Assembly: GCA_012295275.1 (NCBI GenBank)
Contig: CM022669.1
Coordinates: forward strand, 4,650,001-4,714,000
Length of the DNA stretch: 64,000 nucleotides
Reading direction: 5' to 3'
Source: Chrysomallon squamiferum
Taxonomy: Eukaryota > Animalia > Mollusca
Part shown: one piece after another, positions 14,005-29,968 of the stretch
Position numbering within the stretch: the first letter of the stretch is position 1
Layout: every line of letters starts with the position of its first letter
Position numbers and translations under genes: made by a program
Notes under the pieces: model-generated
Seen by the model: only the letters and a program-made list of their open reading frames with translations
Database searches by the model: none
What the model was told of the DNA's origin: nothing

Positions 14005-16074
14005 ACATGCTGAAGAAACCTATACCAGAAAAAAACAATAGAATTTTCAGGCATGAGTAACAAACTTCAATACAGAAGACTGTGTATCTTAGAATGTTAA
14101 TATATATGTAAAATGTTTCACCAGGCGACTTCTGTAATTAGAGTAACTTTTACTCTTGGGACATGTCTCCTCAAAATATATTGTCTCATTATCATACAAA
14201 TAACAGCTTACAAAAATTGTCCTCAGACACTGAAGTAAACTGTAAGAGATAGAATTCTGAATAATGGATGCAGTAAAAATGTTCCTTTTATCAAAAAAAA
14301 TGAACTCTTGTAATTCTGTCTGAAAGATATTTCTTTTTTAAGAAAAAAAAAAAAACAACAACAAAGAATTCATATAATTTGAAATAACAGGCCTTGTAAA
14401 AGCTTTTGTTTGTCTAAATAGAGTACAGATTGCAAAAAAATGTCCTTTCCACTGGAAAAAAAAAAACTTTATGTGATTATGAATAACAGAGATTTAAATT
14501 TTATAATAATAAAAAATAAAAGATAACTGCATCCTTAGAAAATACATTTCTTTATCAATAAACTGTCAGTATAAGTGTCATGGCCTGTATTTGTAACAGA
14601 TTATGTAATATTTGTGCATATTTTAAAAATATTTCTTAGTTGAAAAGAGTTTATAGTAATATCTATTATACATTGTAAAAACTTTCCTGCACCCAAAAAC
14701 AATTCATAAAATTATTTTAATAAGTAAAGCAAAATTTTCCTTCTTTGAAAAAAAGAATTTGCATAATTCTGTATAAAATGTACTAAAAAATAAACCTTCC
14801 TTCAAATAAAAGAGAGTTCCTAGGCTTAAAACAATCTCAGTTCTGATTGGTCAGAAAATGGAACACCTACCTAAGCTGCAATTATCTGGTTTATTTAATG
14901 AGATCTTTGACAAGAGACATAAAATGTGAACTGAAATAGTAAAGAAACAATCAACACAAGCATTGTAAGAAAGTTCTTACACGGCAGCTAACAACTGCAT
15001 CGAGTCACTAATTCAGTGTTATGGCAGCACCTTTATCAGTGCCTGTTACCATGGCTTCTAATTGAAATGTCAAAGAAAAGAAAACTGTAAAACACTGCTT
15101 TGATAGACAGTAATTTTACAAGAAGGAAAAATGTAAAAAGAGAGAAAAAAGAAAGGTTTATGGTTAAATACCGTTGCTCGTTAATTTTCCCAGTTTAAAA
15201 AAAATTTAACGAGATATTAAAAATATACAATTATTCATAAAATCTTGGACATTTTTATAACAGAACTGATCTTTATGACAAAATCATTAGTGAACTGGGA
15301 GAAAAATATATGTATGTATGTACATTAATATTATTATTGTTGTTATTATTATTATTGTTATTATTATTGTTATTGTTATTATTATTATTACATTTTAATA
15401 CTAAAGTCAAAGGGCAAGATTTAGACTATAGATAAAGGTACAAATTGTTTGCTTCAAAAAGACAATATATCTAATGCTAAAAAAACAATTATTTTAATTA
15501 ACACAGGTAAAAAGTCAGACATGAATTATTGTACACATTTTACAGTACATCATTTTAATTTGATTCTGTGTGGTCTTCGTTAATGTGTGGGTTTTTTTGT
15601 TTGTTTTTTTTTTTGTTTTTTTCATTTGTGTGCTTGTTGTTGTTGTTTTGCTTTTTTTTTTTATTTTTTCTAACTTTAAAACTTGTTTGGTTTTTTATTA
15701 TTATTTTTTTGGTATTAAAAATTCTTCATTTGCAAGCATTTGCTTAGTTTTAATCTCTAAATGAAAATCTGATATGAAGCTTAACTTAAGCTCATTCTTT
15801 TCTCTGCAGGTTATTGACTGCAAGATTTAGATTACTGTTAGTAATTAGAAAAGAACTGCATTTTCAATTATTTGTATGGTAAGACCACAATAAACAATGG
15901 AGTTATATTCCTGTATGAATTGTCACTGGTATTACACCAGTGTTTAATACCACTTGTACTTGATTATATATAAACAAACATTGTATACATATAAATAATC
16001 TGTTTAATTGAGTCTTGAAGACGTTAAAATTGATATATTTTACCAGTAAACTGCAATCAATGATATAGAGATAT

Positions 16075-16111
<37 letters not shown>

Positions 16112-16263
16112 GATAGATAGATATAGACATATAGATAGATAGACAGAGCAAAAACACTTTTGTTTAAATAATAACATTCTCTGAAGTGTAAAAATAAATA
16201 AATACAAAAATAAAATAAATAAATAAATAAATAAATAAAAATAAATAATAATAATAATAATAA

Positions 16264-16300
<37 letters not shown>

Positions 16301-16364
16301 TTAATAACAACAACAACAACAACAACAAAAACAACAGATAAAACCCATTATGACTAATTTCAGA

Positions 16365-16395
<31 letters not shown>

Positions 16396-16819
16396 TACCA
16401 CCAACAACACACGCAAAACACACCACTGATTAACACACCTGTTTCCTTATTAGGCTAACGATTACCTCATGTTCTTTGATCTCATTAATAAAACATTTCT
16501 CATTTAATGTCAGTTTTTGACTGTTTGCCCAGATCAAACATCCATCCTACACAGGCACATCTGGAAACACCTGTAAAGTGTTTCAATCAATAAGCTGAGA
16601 AATAATAGCACTGGCTAATTTAACAGGCCTTTAAGATTTTTCTAATTCCCACATTCCAGATGTTCTCTGGTTCTAAATTAAGTGTGCCAGATAATAATGA
16701 AAGAGAAAATATTTTTACAGACAGCAACGTTGCCGGGATTCATGGGGAAAAACAGCCACAACAGCAGTCAAGTGGTAAATTGAAGCTAAAAGCAAATGAT
16801 TGGCTGAAATTAACAGATG

Positions 16820-16990
16820 ATAAATCAAAATTAAGTAAACATTATACAATTATAAACTAAATTTAAGTAAACGTTATACAATCACTAAACTGAATTTAAG
16901 TAAACATTATACAATTAATAAATGAAATTTAAACAATTACTAAAATGAATTTGAGTAAACATGCAATTATTAAACTGAATTAAACACAGT
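16820..16990. repeat. Degenerate ~30-33-bp minisatellite
   Basis: Repeated aatttaagtaaacattatacaatt...aaact motif, about 5 copies. Confidence 0.7.
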
Positions 16991-17332
16991 TAAATATCTA
17001 ATTACTCAAACTATTATTTTTATATGTTCATGAATGAATTATATCTGACATTTTGCATTAACTATTATCATTATCATTATTATTACTATTGTAGTTGTGA
17101 TTATTATTACTGTTATTACTATTATTATTATTATTATTATTATTAACAAACTGTTTATAAAAGAACTTAACTGTTATAAAATGATTTTTTTTCCTGAACA
17201 GCAGCAATGTGTCATAAATGTCAATTGTATTTATTTATTTTTTAATTTCATTTTTTAAAAATTAAGTAGCTTTCAATAAAACTCATATTACCATTTGACA
17301 GCTTATGATCAAGCTTTTTCCAATACAGTCCC

Positions 17333-17377
<45 letters not shown>

Positions 17378-20300
17378 GAAAAAATAAATGAAAAAAAATG
17401 TCCTTGTCACTTTTCAATGGTATTAGTTTAATTGTTCCTTTCAAGAATGCGAATTACTGAGAAATGAAGTTAAATAGCTTTAATTTCATCACTTCCCTTT
17501 CTTATATATAAATGTAATAGATACATTCTTTTATTAATTTATACATGAATATATATATATATATATATAAACTTTTTTTACCAGTTGATCTCAGACAAGA
17601 GGATGCACTGTGGAGAACTGAGTGCTGGAAAATACTGACAACTGAATTGATTTTCATGAACTCACAAAATTACATTTGTCAAAAGGATAATGGCTGTGAA
17701 AACTTTCACTGAAACAAATGTAATATAAAGACTTTTTCTTAATTTTGAATTTATTTTCATACTCTGAATCAGTTTAATAATTTTATTTTCTTTTTTTTTT
17801 TTTTTTTTTTAAATTTATAAGTGAAGAAAAAGAGTGTTAATGAAAATGTCTGTTTCTTTTTAGAAGTGAAAGAAATGAGTCGGTGCTATGTTTTTGTTTA
17901 ATAAGTGATCTAAATCAATACAGTTAGAAACATATACATACATACATACGTACATATTACATGCATACACATCGACACACACACATACGTACATAAATAC
18001 ATTCATACATATATACACACACACACACATATATATATAGACAGATATTTATATATGCATATTATGTACATAAATACACATATATACACACACTTGCACA
18101 TGTATAAATACATACATATACAAATCAAAACAGAAACATAATACATGATAAATACATATATACATACATAGATATATACTCACACATGCATGCATACATT
18201 CATACATATATTACATACGTACATTCCGAAATGCTCAAACAGATAAAAAGACATACTTTATTTCTATATAAGACAAACAGTAACAAACACTTTATTGATC
18301 CTCTATATATTAAAATATATAGAAAAATATACAGAAAAACACAACAGTTCTAGTACAAACACATAAATATCAATACTTGTACATTCACATAATCTCTGTA
18401 AATCTACAAATATTTTTAAACAAAATAGAATCAGTAATGAATGAAAAAAACTCAAGGTTTTTTTTTTCAAATGCATGTACAGTTTTCACAATTAGCTAGA
18501 TAGAAAACTTGATGTGACAGAATGAAAGGAAAAGAAAAAAACCTGTCTGTGTGTTAATTCATCTAATGATCAGATCCTGGGATGTGAATGACCAGCTTTT
18601 CAAACATGGTCACAAATAGGAAAAAACTGTCAGAAGTGCGAGATATTGGGAAAACAAAAAACCTAAAACGTGGCTATTGACAACAAACATGGAGGATTTT
18701 TTTTTTTCAAAAGATTATCTTCTGCAGAATAATCATGCCTAGCACTGTTCAAGCTAATTCCACATTCGAAACGATCAGAAATAATTTAAAAAAATTCATT
18801 TTTAATTGTTTTCTTTCTCACATATCATATAGTTTGGATCACGTTCATTTTGAGTTTCGTGTTTTTCCTGTGATGTCCAACTCAAAATGTTTTACTGGTT
18901 GAGGGGTTCACATCAGAAAAGTTCCACTCAGCAGAAACTGTGATACCTTTCTGACTGCCTACGCAAACTTTATTGTAATTACAAAACTCTATAGAAATAT
19001 TGTTTCAAAAAAAAATATATATATATTTATATATACATCCTGTATTTGTGTAAGATGTATTAGAAATATTATTGTGGAATTGGTATTTAGAGTTTGATTC
19101 TAGTCTCAGGCTATATCTTTATATTCCAAAATATGAATGTGTGTGCGTGTGTGTTTGTGTTTGTAAAATGAACTTATTTGGATGTATACATTTAGTAAAA
19201 CAGATTCATAAAATGGTGCTAGTGCTCTTATAAATTTTAATTTTTTGTTTTGTTTTTGTTTATATAATAATAATAATACATAATACATAAAAAAAACACA
19301 CACACACACACAGACTCTTAAAAATCAAACAAAGAACACTATTAAACATAACAACCATTTTATTTCACTGCATCAAAGTACATTAATTTCGGTAACACAT
19401 CCAACATTATGTTTTATTAAACAAGTCTAACCACATGTTACACACCTATTAAAGTTTCATCTACATGCATTTCATGTTGCAATTATCTGAAGGATGAAAA
19501 GCTGTGTGCAGCTCTCGAGCTAATGTGCAATCCATTTCTGTTAACACAACAAGGAGCCTGTCAATAACAGTTTTGAAGCATGAAGGATATTGCTGATACA
19601 TTTATACTATCAATAAGAGACACTGGTGCAGTGATTATGTCCATGACCTGATCCATTTGCAGTGAATTCAGTCAAAGTGTGCAGACATCTTGAATACTGT
19701 CAAGATGGTAAAGTTCTTCTCTGCACATATTTTTTTTTTTTCATTCTTCTTTTTTTTTTTTTTTTTTAAATTATTCAGTGAATTAATATATATGTTTAAA
19801 GATGTTTCAGTATATTTTTATTATTGAAAATGTTGAAAATATTTTAGATACTGAATAAGAGAAAGGAAAGCAGCAACTAACAGCAGAAGACTTTTATATA
19901 GATGCACCTTCTCATATACTTTTTTTAAAAAAAGGAAAAAGAAACAGTCATGCATTTCAGCTGTTGGTAAAACATTAGTGGAGTACTGGTTGGAATGGAA
20001 AATAAATGGAAACAAATTTTTTTTTTAAGGGTTCATTTAGTGACCTTTTTATATGTATTTCATACAAGAGTGTTTAAATGTTTCAAACCACTGTTCTAAA
20101 ATACAACAGTAAAGAAATTAAAAAATAAAAGCCAACACATACAAAGCCTATTTCATTCTGTTTTTTTTTTTTTTTTTTTTTTTTTTGGTCTCACTCCACA
20201 GTTTTACCAAAGACAATGTCCAGGAAGTAATAAATGATATTTCTAAATCTGTATCGATTTATGTTGTATGACAAAGTGATGAGACTTGAAGCATACTCTA

Positions 20301-22025
20301 CAGAAGGATGAATGACATTTCTCATAAACTTCTGTTATTATTCAGTGTATTAGCATCACTTTATTCTCATCATCTTATGTGGAGATGACTAGGACATGTC
20401 TGAGATCTTACAATTGTCAGCTGAAATATTAAACATCCATTTATTAGTGGTGCACTGCTAAAGATAAAAATGTGCTGAGGTTTTATTAAGAATGTATTAA
20501 TTTATGGAAATCACTGGTTTATTCACTTCCATCAGTGAAGTGAGGAGGGGGGTCAAGTATTATTGATTCTTTCTTCTTTCATTCATTTTATTCATTCTTC
20601 ATTTATTGATACCTTTAAACTAAAATATGCTGATGTGGTGCCAAGCATTCATTTTTTCTTCATTCACTCATTTATTCATTCTTCATTCATTCATTCTGAT
20701 GCCATTAAAATAAAACGAGCTGAATTGTTTCTTCATTCACTCATTTGTTCATTTTTCTTTCATTCCGTCATCATTAAAATAAAGTGCTGAAGTGTTATCA
20801 AGCATTCTTTCTTCTTTCATTCATTTATTCATTCTTCATTCAGTCATTTATTCATGCTTAATTCATTCATTCTGACATCATTAAAATAACAATCACTGGC
20901 ATGTTGAGTCATTCACTTGCAGACTCCATCATTCTTTTTTTTTTACATTTTAAATCAAAGCTGTTAAGTACTGAATCTTCTGAAAAACAAAACAAAAAAC
21001 CATTACTTCCGTGTTTTATGATTTAAAAAAATCAGCATCTGTTAAATATATACTTGCTGATGTTAAGATGGTGAATTATTAAAAGCTTTAGACATGAGAT
21101 TACTGCCAGGAACTTATCCAGAAGTTTTTGTTTGCAAGAGACATCTGATGTAATGAATAAGGGTTTTTGGCACCCTGTGATAACCCACAGACATGTTTTG
21201 CAGATCAGCAACGTCATCAAAATGGCTGCCGAGTCAGCAGTAATTATAGTTGTTATACAGAAAATTGTCATTCTCAAAAGCCGTGGTTATTTCAAAAGAC
21301 AATACTCAAATATGGAAGAAAAGAAATGATATTAAAAAAATTATAATTAAATTATAATCCACAAATGTAAATATATGTTGAGTACATTTTTTTTTCATCT
21401 TTCTTTCTTTCTTTATTTATTTCTTACTATTATAGTTGTTATTAATGTTATTATTTATTCGTTTATATTATTATTATTGTTGTTGTTATTATTATTATTA
21501 TTGTAATATTATTATTATTATTGTAATATTATTATTATTATTGTAATATTATTATTATTATTGTATTATTATTATTATTATTGTCTTTCTCATAATAATA
21601 TAGTAACAGCTGTCTAATAGCTGGGAATTCTTTCTGATTCTGTTACACAATGATGTTGTCATCTTTCTGATTTCTTCTTAATATGCCAGCTTATTATTTG
21701 TTGTGTCTACAGTGCAACATCAGATGTGCTAAATCACAGCATCTGTTCTGCACAGTGACTGTGTTAAATATACCCAGATCCAGCCAGAAAGAATGCAACA
21801 AAGCATGTTGAAATTGTGTTGCAATGGCCATCCATCCATCCATCCATACATCAATCCATATATCCATATTAGACAGATAAGTAGAGAGATATATAAAACA
21901 TGTTGCTGCAACATAATGGACTAGTACAACTGAATAGGGTTACAGTGTGGGGTTTTTTAAATTTACAAATATGCAGACATCACAATTGATTATTATTGTT
22001 GTTATTAATTTCCTTCTTTTTCTTC

Positions 22026-22076
<51 letters not shown>

Positions 22077-23836
22077 CAGTAGCATCATCATTATTTAAAA
22101 GTCTTCATAATGCAGAAATGATTACTTCATTATTTTTCTGAAATGGGATAATAAAAAAAAATCCTACAACTTCATAAGGCAAGAACTTGTTGTGTTTTAT
22201 CTAACTAATCAAATCAATCTTCCACTTTGATGCACTGATTAATGACAAATTACCAGCTAATCCAAAAAGAATTTGTATTTCCTTATTCATGCAGTTTCAA
22301 AAATTGCTAAATTATCAAGCTTCTTTTGTTCAGATTAAGTTGGCTTTTTCTCTTTTAAAAACAATTTTATGGTCGACATCTCTGGCATTAAAACTTGATA
22401 TTTTTATATTATGTCACTATAGGCAGAATCAGTGCACTGTAATGAACAAAACAGTCGCAAGACAAGATGTTTTCTGCATTCTGATTGGCTCATTTAAATA
22501 TTATAAGCCAATGGCATAGACCCTTATATCTGCATGCATTCTGAATTGCTGCTTTGATTTGTTTTGTGTGAGCTGAAGTATTATAATTTAGAAATGATAA
22601 AAATTTAATTTTGTTGCTAAGGGAAGAACATAATGAATAACCAGTGTTACAAGAAATAGATGTATCCTGCATTTTGATTGGTGAATATAGATATAACCAG
22701 CCAATGGCAATAATTGTTACATCACTTTTGTATTTATATTGCAGTTACAGCTGTACATCTGAAATATCAGCCCAGTAATGTTAACAGGATTAATGTTATT
22801 TGTATTTGTTATGTAACTAACTGATTAAAATATATCTTTTCACACACAATATATATTCCACAACAAACCTTTTTTCCTCTTTTATATTTATTCAACATAT
22901 TTTTATTGTTACTAAATAAATATTAAGTATTAATAATATTACTATTCTGAATTTGATTTTGTCCTTTTTATTTGATGGGATTTTTTTGTTTTTCTCCTTT
23001 GTGTGTATGTGCACATGTACACAAACATGAGTTCATTTTTTGTTGTAGGATTTTTCTGGTTTCTTTGGTTTTTTTATTATTATTATTATTATTATTAACA
23101 AATTTACTTCACTTTTATTATTATTATTAATTTTATTTTTTCAATTTTTTTACTGTATTTTTTTTTTTTTTCTTTAAATATGTATATATTTGGGAGGTTT
23201 TGCTACGGCATATCCTGTAAACAGGATGTGAAAAATTAAATAAATAATAAGAAGAAGAAAAAATAAGAAAGAAAAATAAATAAAAACTAAAAAAAAAAAC
23301 AGTTCAGTGAAAAAAGACGATGAAGAAACAGGTCTTTTAAACTTGAACTTTGTAAAAGTACATAATAAAATTAAATTTATTCAGGACCCTGTGAAAAGAG
23401 GTTAATTATTTTCAGAGTCATTCAAGGGGAACAATTCACAGGAAGATGGGTCAGTGTGAGGTTTAAGGGCAGGAATTCATTCACATTAAATTCAGTCATG
23501 GCAGTTAAGCTATTTCAGTATTTACGTTTAATAATACAACAGGAATACTTTCTGGTAATGTTCAGAATCTAAAACAACCCAAAAAAGTGACTTTTTCCTC
23601 CCTTCTCAAATATAAACCAAATTGAATATCTTTTATTTTTCCCAGTACAAACAATACTATCATCTTTTTGTTTATTTAAATCTAATCTACAGTCCTACAT
23701 TTCATTTTTCAAATCTGATGAACAATAACAACAAAATAAAACAAACAAAATAATTCTAGTTTCAAATTTTAATCAAAAATAGGCCTTTTTTTTTCTTTTT
23801 TTTTTCTTATTTTATATTTACTTATTATTTTTTTAC

Positions 23837-23888
<52 letters not shown>

Positions 23889-26518
23889 TTATTGTTATTG
23901 TTGTTGTTGTTAAAGGAATTATAAAAAAAAAAATGTGAAATGAAATAAAAAGAGGAAAAAAATACAAAAGCAAATAGCTTAAAATAAAAAAATAAATAAA
24001 TAAAAAAACTATTATATTTTAAAGAGAATTGTAAAAGTTATTTTATGAGGATTACAAGCTCAATACACATCTAAAAACAACCTGCCAACCAACAACAAGA
24101 AGTAAATGAAATTAAAACCTTTTTTTTTTCTTTTTAAAGATCCCAGTTTTATCATTTCAGTCATAATCCGCTCTCTCGCCTTCAAACAGTTTTGAAGTTT
24201 TCCTTGGAAGGTTGTTTACTAGCAAACTCGTAATCTCCTAGGATTACACTCACAACAACAAGTAAAAATATTTTTTTATTGTTGAGAAAATGACAAAAAG
24301 TATCTAATTACAGGATAAGTGACCAGTACTTTTAGAATCCAGCTTGCATTTCCTAATCATTTGTTGACAAGTTTTGAGAATTTTCTAGCAAACAGAAAGA
24401 AAAAAAAAATTAAAAGAAGAAGAAGAATGAGGTTAAGAATTTCAGGTGTTGATGGTTTTCATTTTAATGCAGTCTGAATTTCAGTTTCAATTCCCTATGA
24501 ATATCAGTTTCAATGACCTATGAATATCATTTTAATTACCTATGAATATCAGTTTTAGTAACTAAGAATGTAAGTTTTAATGGTTAACAGATATCTGTTT
24601 TAATGTCAGACAAGGTATTTATTTTGTATCTTTTCTTTCAAAATTGAAATTTTTTAAAAATTACAACTGCATGATATTATTTAGTCATTTTATTATGTCT
24701 GTTCCCACTGATGAAAATGTTTTAATTAGCAGGACACAAGTAGAGTGTATTTTACATACACCTGAATGTATTTACATTCAAAAGAAAACTTACTCTATCA
24801 GTGTTGTAATTCATCTTCAAGTGCTTTATTTTCTCAAATAATTCATCCACAGATATTATATTTAATGTGTTTACATGTAAGCACTAATTAACTCTTTTTA
24901 AAGAGAAATCACAAACAGATGCCTACCACTGTAATGTTACTGAATGACAAAGTCTGTTTATGTGTGGTAACACCTCTTTATTAGCAACACTGAAAAAAGC
25001 TGGGTGTTGGAGGGAGAGATGGAAGGAAGTGGGTTGACCAGGGTTTTATCAGACACACACAGAAAACAAGGATGTCACAAGTGAATTAGTGTATTAGTTA
25101 CACTTGTTATGTGTTACCTTCACACTTAGCCATATCAGCATTACATACTGGTTATAAAGCAGACTCAACAACAGTGCTAATAATTACAATAACAGATTTT
25201 TTCTATTTTATTATTTATTTATTTATTTACTTATTATTTATTTATTTATTTATTTATTGTTGTTGTTGTTGTTCTTTTACTATCATCATCATCATTATTG
25301 TTGTTGTTCTTCTTCTTCTTTAATTATTATTATTATTTATTATTTCAATGTGATACTAGATTCTTCACAAATATAAATCACAACCTTTCATGTCAAATCA
25401 GCAGAAGTCAGAACAGGATAAAATTAAAAAGCATGAAATTGTTAGAACAGAGAAAAAAAGTCAAAATTGTCTAATAATGCATTAATTGGCTTCAGTTTTG
25501 TTTTACGTTTTTTCTTTTTTTTTTGTACATCTTTTTCTCACTTCTGCTATAAACATTTTTTTTTCAAAGTAATTTTCATAAAACTCTTCTCATCACCAAA
25601 AACATGACAAGCTAATAGTTTTCCATTAATGCATTTTCTAAAATCAATACTACTGTCACTTTTAAAAATCTCCATCATGCAAACATAGCAATAAAGAATG
25701 CAAGAAGACAAACAAATATTATATGTAAATATAAATATATTCAAATATATGTAAGCTTACACACTTAGATATACACACAGACATATTTTAATTATAACAC
25801 AGCACATATAAATATTAACACATATAAACACATAATCACACAACCTTCAGAGATAAGAAACATTTGACACATACCCTATATTCACAAAAAATATAAACAC
25901 AGTCACATTACATTTATTTTTATCTAAACAAAAAAAAATAAAAAAAAAAAAAACTAAATAAATAAATAATAAATAAAAAATAATACCATTTTGAAAATTA
26001 GTAAGTGAAAAAGGTTTTGAAAACAAATTACTATTTTGATAACACAAGAAAATTGAGTTTACAATTATTTCAGTTTTCATTCAAAACGTAATACATCATC
26101 TTAATTCTACTTTTTTTTAATAAAAAAAAATAAAAATAAAATAAAATAAATTGTGTGCGAAGCATGCATAGTTATTGAAACTTTGTAATCACAGTTTGCT
26201 GTGAGCAATCTATACCAACAGTGAGTAATTAAATTAACAGTCTGCGACTCACAACCAATATTTGCAGTCAGTGTCGTGTGGTGTCACCCTCTGACAGTTA
26301 AAGGCCAATATCTCCAATCTTTATCAATCAGGAAAAGTTTAACACCGGCAACAATATCCCAGTCTAGAAAACATGAAACCACCCAATCTTTTTTATTTTT
26401 TTTTTTTCTGGTTGGATCATTCGTGGTTAGAATACTGGAAAATGTGTAATCCCCAAAAATGTAATAAGATATTGGATGAAAATATTCTAATCAGATGAAT
26501 CTAACGTTTCATTTAAAA

Positions 26519-26555
<37 letters not shown>

Positions 26556-27187
26556 ACTTTTTTTTTTTTTTTTTAGGGGAGGGGTTATATGTTATTTGGA
26601 AAATCATATTGTGAAAAATGTTTTGGTAAATGTTTATTTGTTTTATGCCTAAAAAGGTGAGTGTTTATCTGTGCAAAAGAATGAGAGAGAGAGAATTAAC
26701 CTGAGAAAAACACAGAAACAAACAGAATGAAAGAAAAGAGCAACAGAACAGAAAGCAATGAATGAGACATTGAATGAAAAGAGAAAAATAGACAAACAGA
26801 GAATTAGAAAAAGAAAGAAAATAGACAATCAAAGATTGTAACAGTGGATAAAAATCAATGATAGGACAGACTGACAGACAGAGAGAATAACAAACAGAAA
26901 ACATAATTAGAATAAATGAGTTAAAGAAGAAGAAAAAAGGGATTCCAGTGATTAAAGTTAGACTTAATTAGACTTAACATTTATTAGTAGTACAAAAATA
27001 TTTTTCTATTGTTTAATGGACAAGGACTTTTTAAGAGTGACAGAAGTAAAAGCATCGCAAAACAAGGTGATGCTTTAAACAAATGGCAGGATAATACCCA
27101 CTGCAAATAATAGAGTGATACAGAAACCTACAAAGTGAAAAACATAAATAAAACTCCTGTTAATGATTATTTGTTGTTTTGATCATG

Positions 27188-27208
27188 CACACACACATAC
27201 ATTTGCAT

Positions 27209-27253
<45 letters not shown>

Positions 27254-27478
27254 CACACATGCACACATTCATACACAGACATATACATACACATTTATAC
27301 ATTCATACAGTCATGCATACATCCACACATTCGTGCACACAGATACACACACACACACACATACCTACACACATTCAGACACACAGACACACATACACAC
27401 ACATTCATTCACACAGATACACATACAAACATTCATGCACACAGATACACACACAGACATGCGCACGCACACACACAT
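27188..27478. repeat. CA-rich degenerate microsatellite
   Basis: cacacaca/catac/cacag runs; source of the His/Thr ORFs. Confidence 0.9.
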
Positions 27479-29932
27479 CTTCCTTAAGACAGGTGAGCAC
27501 ATACCATCATCATTGATAAACCAGACACAGGAAACTGGCCAGAACATGAAGTTTTTCCCATGTCAGCTTCCTAAATCTGGTTTATCACAATGTTCCTGTA
27601 TGTGAGGTGATGCATATGAAAGATAACTTGCTGAAAAACAACAAAAGTATTATTATTATTATTATTATATTTCTTTATCAAAAATATTCCCAAACATTAA
27701 AAACAAAAAGAATGAAATAAGCATTGAACAAAACTTTGATTTATTTACCCATCATATATAAACCAAAAAAATTTAAAAAATAAAACTCTTCATTTATTTC
27801 ATTATCAAATGTTATGGATTTTTTTTTTTTTCTTATTTTTTAAAGAAAAACATTACAGTCTGGGTCACTGCCACAACAATGACTTTAATTGATGTCCCAG
27901 TTTCAGATAATGTATTGTTAATGAACCCCAGACTCAGTAGGACTCACTTACACAACTGTCCCACTCCAACATCCAACCAGTGTCATTATACAAGTGACTG
28001 CTTGTTGAATACGTAATTATATTTCCTATCCCATATTTCTGTTCATTTTTTTTATCTCTCTCTACTTGCAGGAACAAAAAAAGTCGATGGAAATGCAAAT
28101 GTCACATTACAGAGAATGATGAACTCACGATATACCAGCCATCACCTCCTTCATAGAAAAACAAAATGGAAGAAGATAAAAAAAAAAAAGTGAAGAAAAG
28201 CAAAAAAAAAAAAAATAATAATAATAATTATTACCACAGATCAGAATGTGCCAGAGAAATGAAAATAATAATAAATTTAATACTTATTTAAGTGGTCTGT
28301 TATCCATCCATAAAAATAAAAATTAAAAATTATAGTAATAATAACTGTAAATAAAAAAAAATTAAAAAAATTATTGTCTTCTGTTTGTTGTGTTTTTTAC
28401 TTTTATCATAATCTCCTAAAAGGTAAGTCTGACAGTGATGATAATATTATGTGCATTTTCTGTGATATGAAATGAGAGTAACAAAACTACAAAAATAAAT
28501 TAGGTACATGGCTTTTATATTCTTATGTCATAAAATTCTGAGAAAATATTTGATATGAAAGAAACTGAAAGGCAGTTTAAATGAAAGAGACATCTTTAAT
28601 ATGAACCTTCCATTCCCACAAACAAACAAACAAAAAACAAAAAACCCAAGAAATCCATGAGTTGACTGTCTTTGATAAGTCAGTATTGATCCCCTGATTA
28701 AACAGGTAATACCACTGCAACAGGTACACTACCCAAGGTTGAATGTCCTACTACCTAATTACTATCCAAGAAAAAAATCACACAGTATGTTTTAACACTC
28801 TGAAGCAATATTGTTACACCAAAAAATATCTATTTTGAGATTTCTTATATTTTTCATTCTCCACTTTAAAATGTACTGAACTCTGATGGATTATGTGACA
28901 ACACTTTTCTTACTTTGTCTACCCATTTGGTGGCAGTTATTAGAGCATCAAACTCACAAAACACATAGAAGACTTGTGTATTTAATATGAATAGTTTACT
29001 TTACTTCTCTTAGTCTTGCTGGTTATTTCAATACCAAACACTTGCTAGACAAAATTATGGATCTTTAGTTACTGGCATTAAAATGCTGCTCACTTCTGAT
29101 GCTTATTTTCCACAATTAAGGTGGTCTGTTATGTAATGACTCAAAGTAGTATGTCGCCAAAACTGAATAAGATAAATGAAATCTGTTTTTATTTCTTTTT
29201 TTTTTTCTTTGTTTTTCTTTCATTTAGATAAATAGTAACATAATTTTGTCAAATTTCTCCAATATTTGTGACAATCTGATAGACACCCATTTGTGTGTTT
29301 GTATATTTATATATATGTATCTATGTCTGTGTATATGTAGGCGTGTGTATGTGTTTGATAAGTTATCATTAGTTTTTGTTTGTTTATTTATTAATTTGTT
29401 TTTAATATTGTTTTAAAATTTTTATTTTTTCTTCATTTGATTTTTAATATTTGTGTTTGCCATGATCACTCTATTTAAAATTCTAATTTATGGACTAATG
29501 GTAACTTTTGTACATATGAGAAACATAAAATTACATTTGTATCAGAAACATGTTCTAACAGGCTTGTTTACAAACATATCTTATTTTCTTTTTATCAACA
29601 CAAGCTTTCAATTTTCTTTAAAAAACACAAAACAAAAACAAACAAAAAAAAAAATTCAAAATTAAAATAATATTTTTTAACTTAGAATGCTTAAAGAGTG
29701 ATAACCATATCTTAATGAGAAATTTTTAAAAAATTAAATGAGTACAAATCAAAGATAGCAATAAAAACTCTTCTTTTAAAGAAGGTAAAAAAGTTAAAAA
29801 CATGACAGACACTAATTATAAACTGAAAAAGTGTTACATTCTAAGGCTGAAATAAAAACTAGATTGTATCATTACAGGCTAGGGTATATGGGTGTCTGGT
29901 CCAAAATTAATTTTGTTAGAAAACTGAAATCA

Positions 29933-29968
<36 letters not shown>
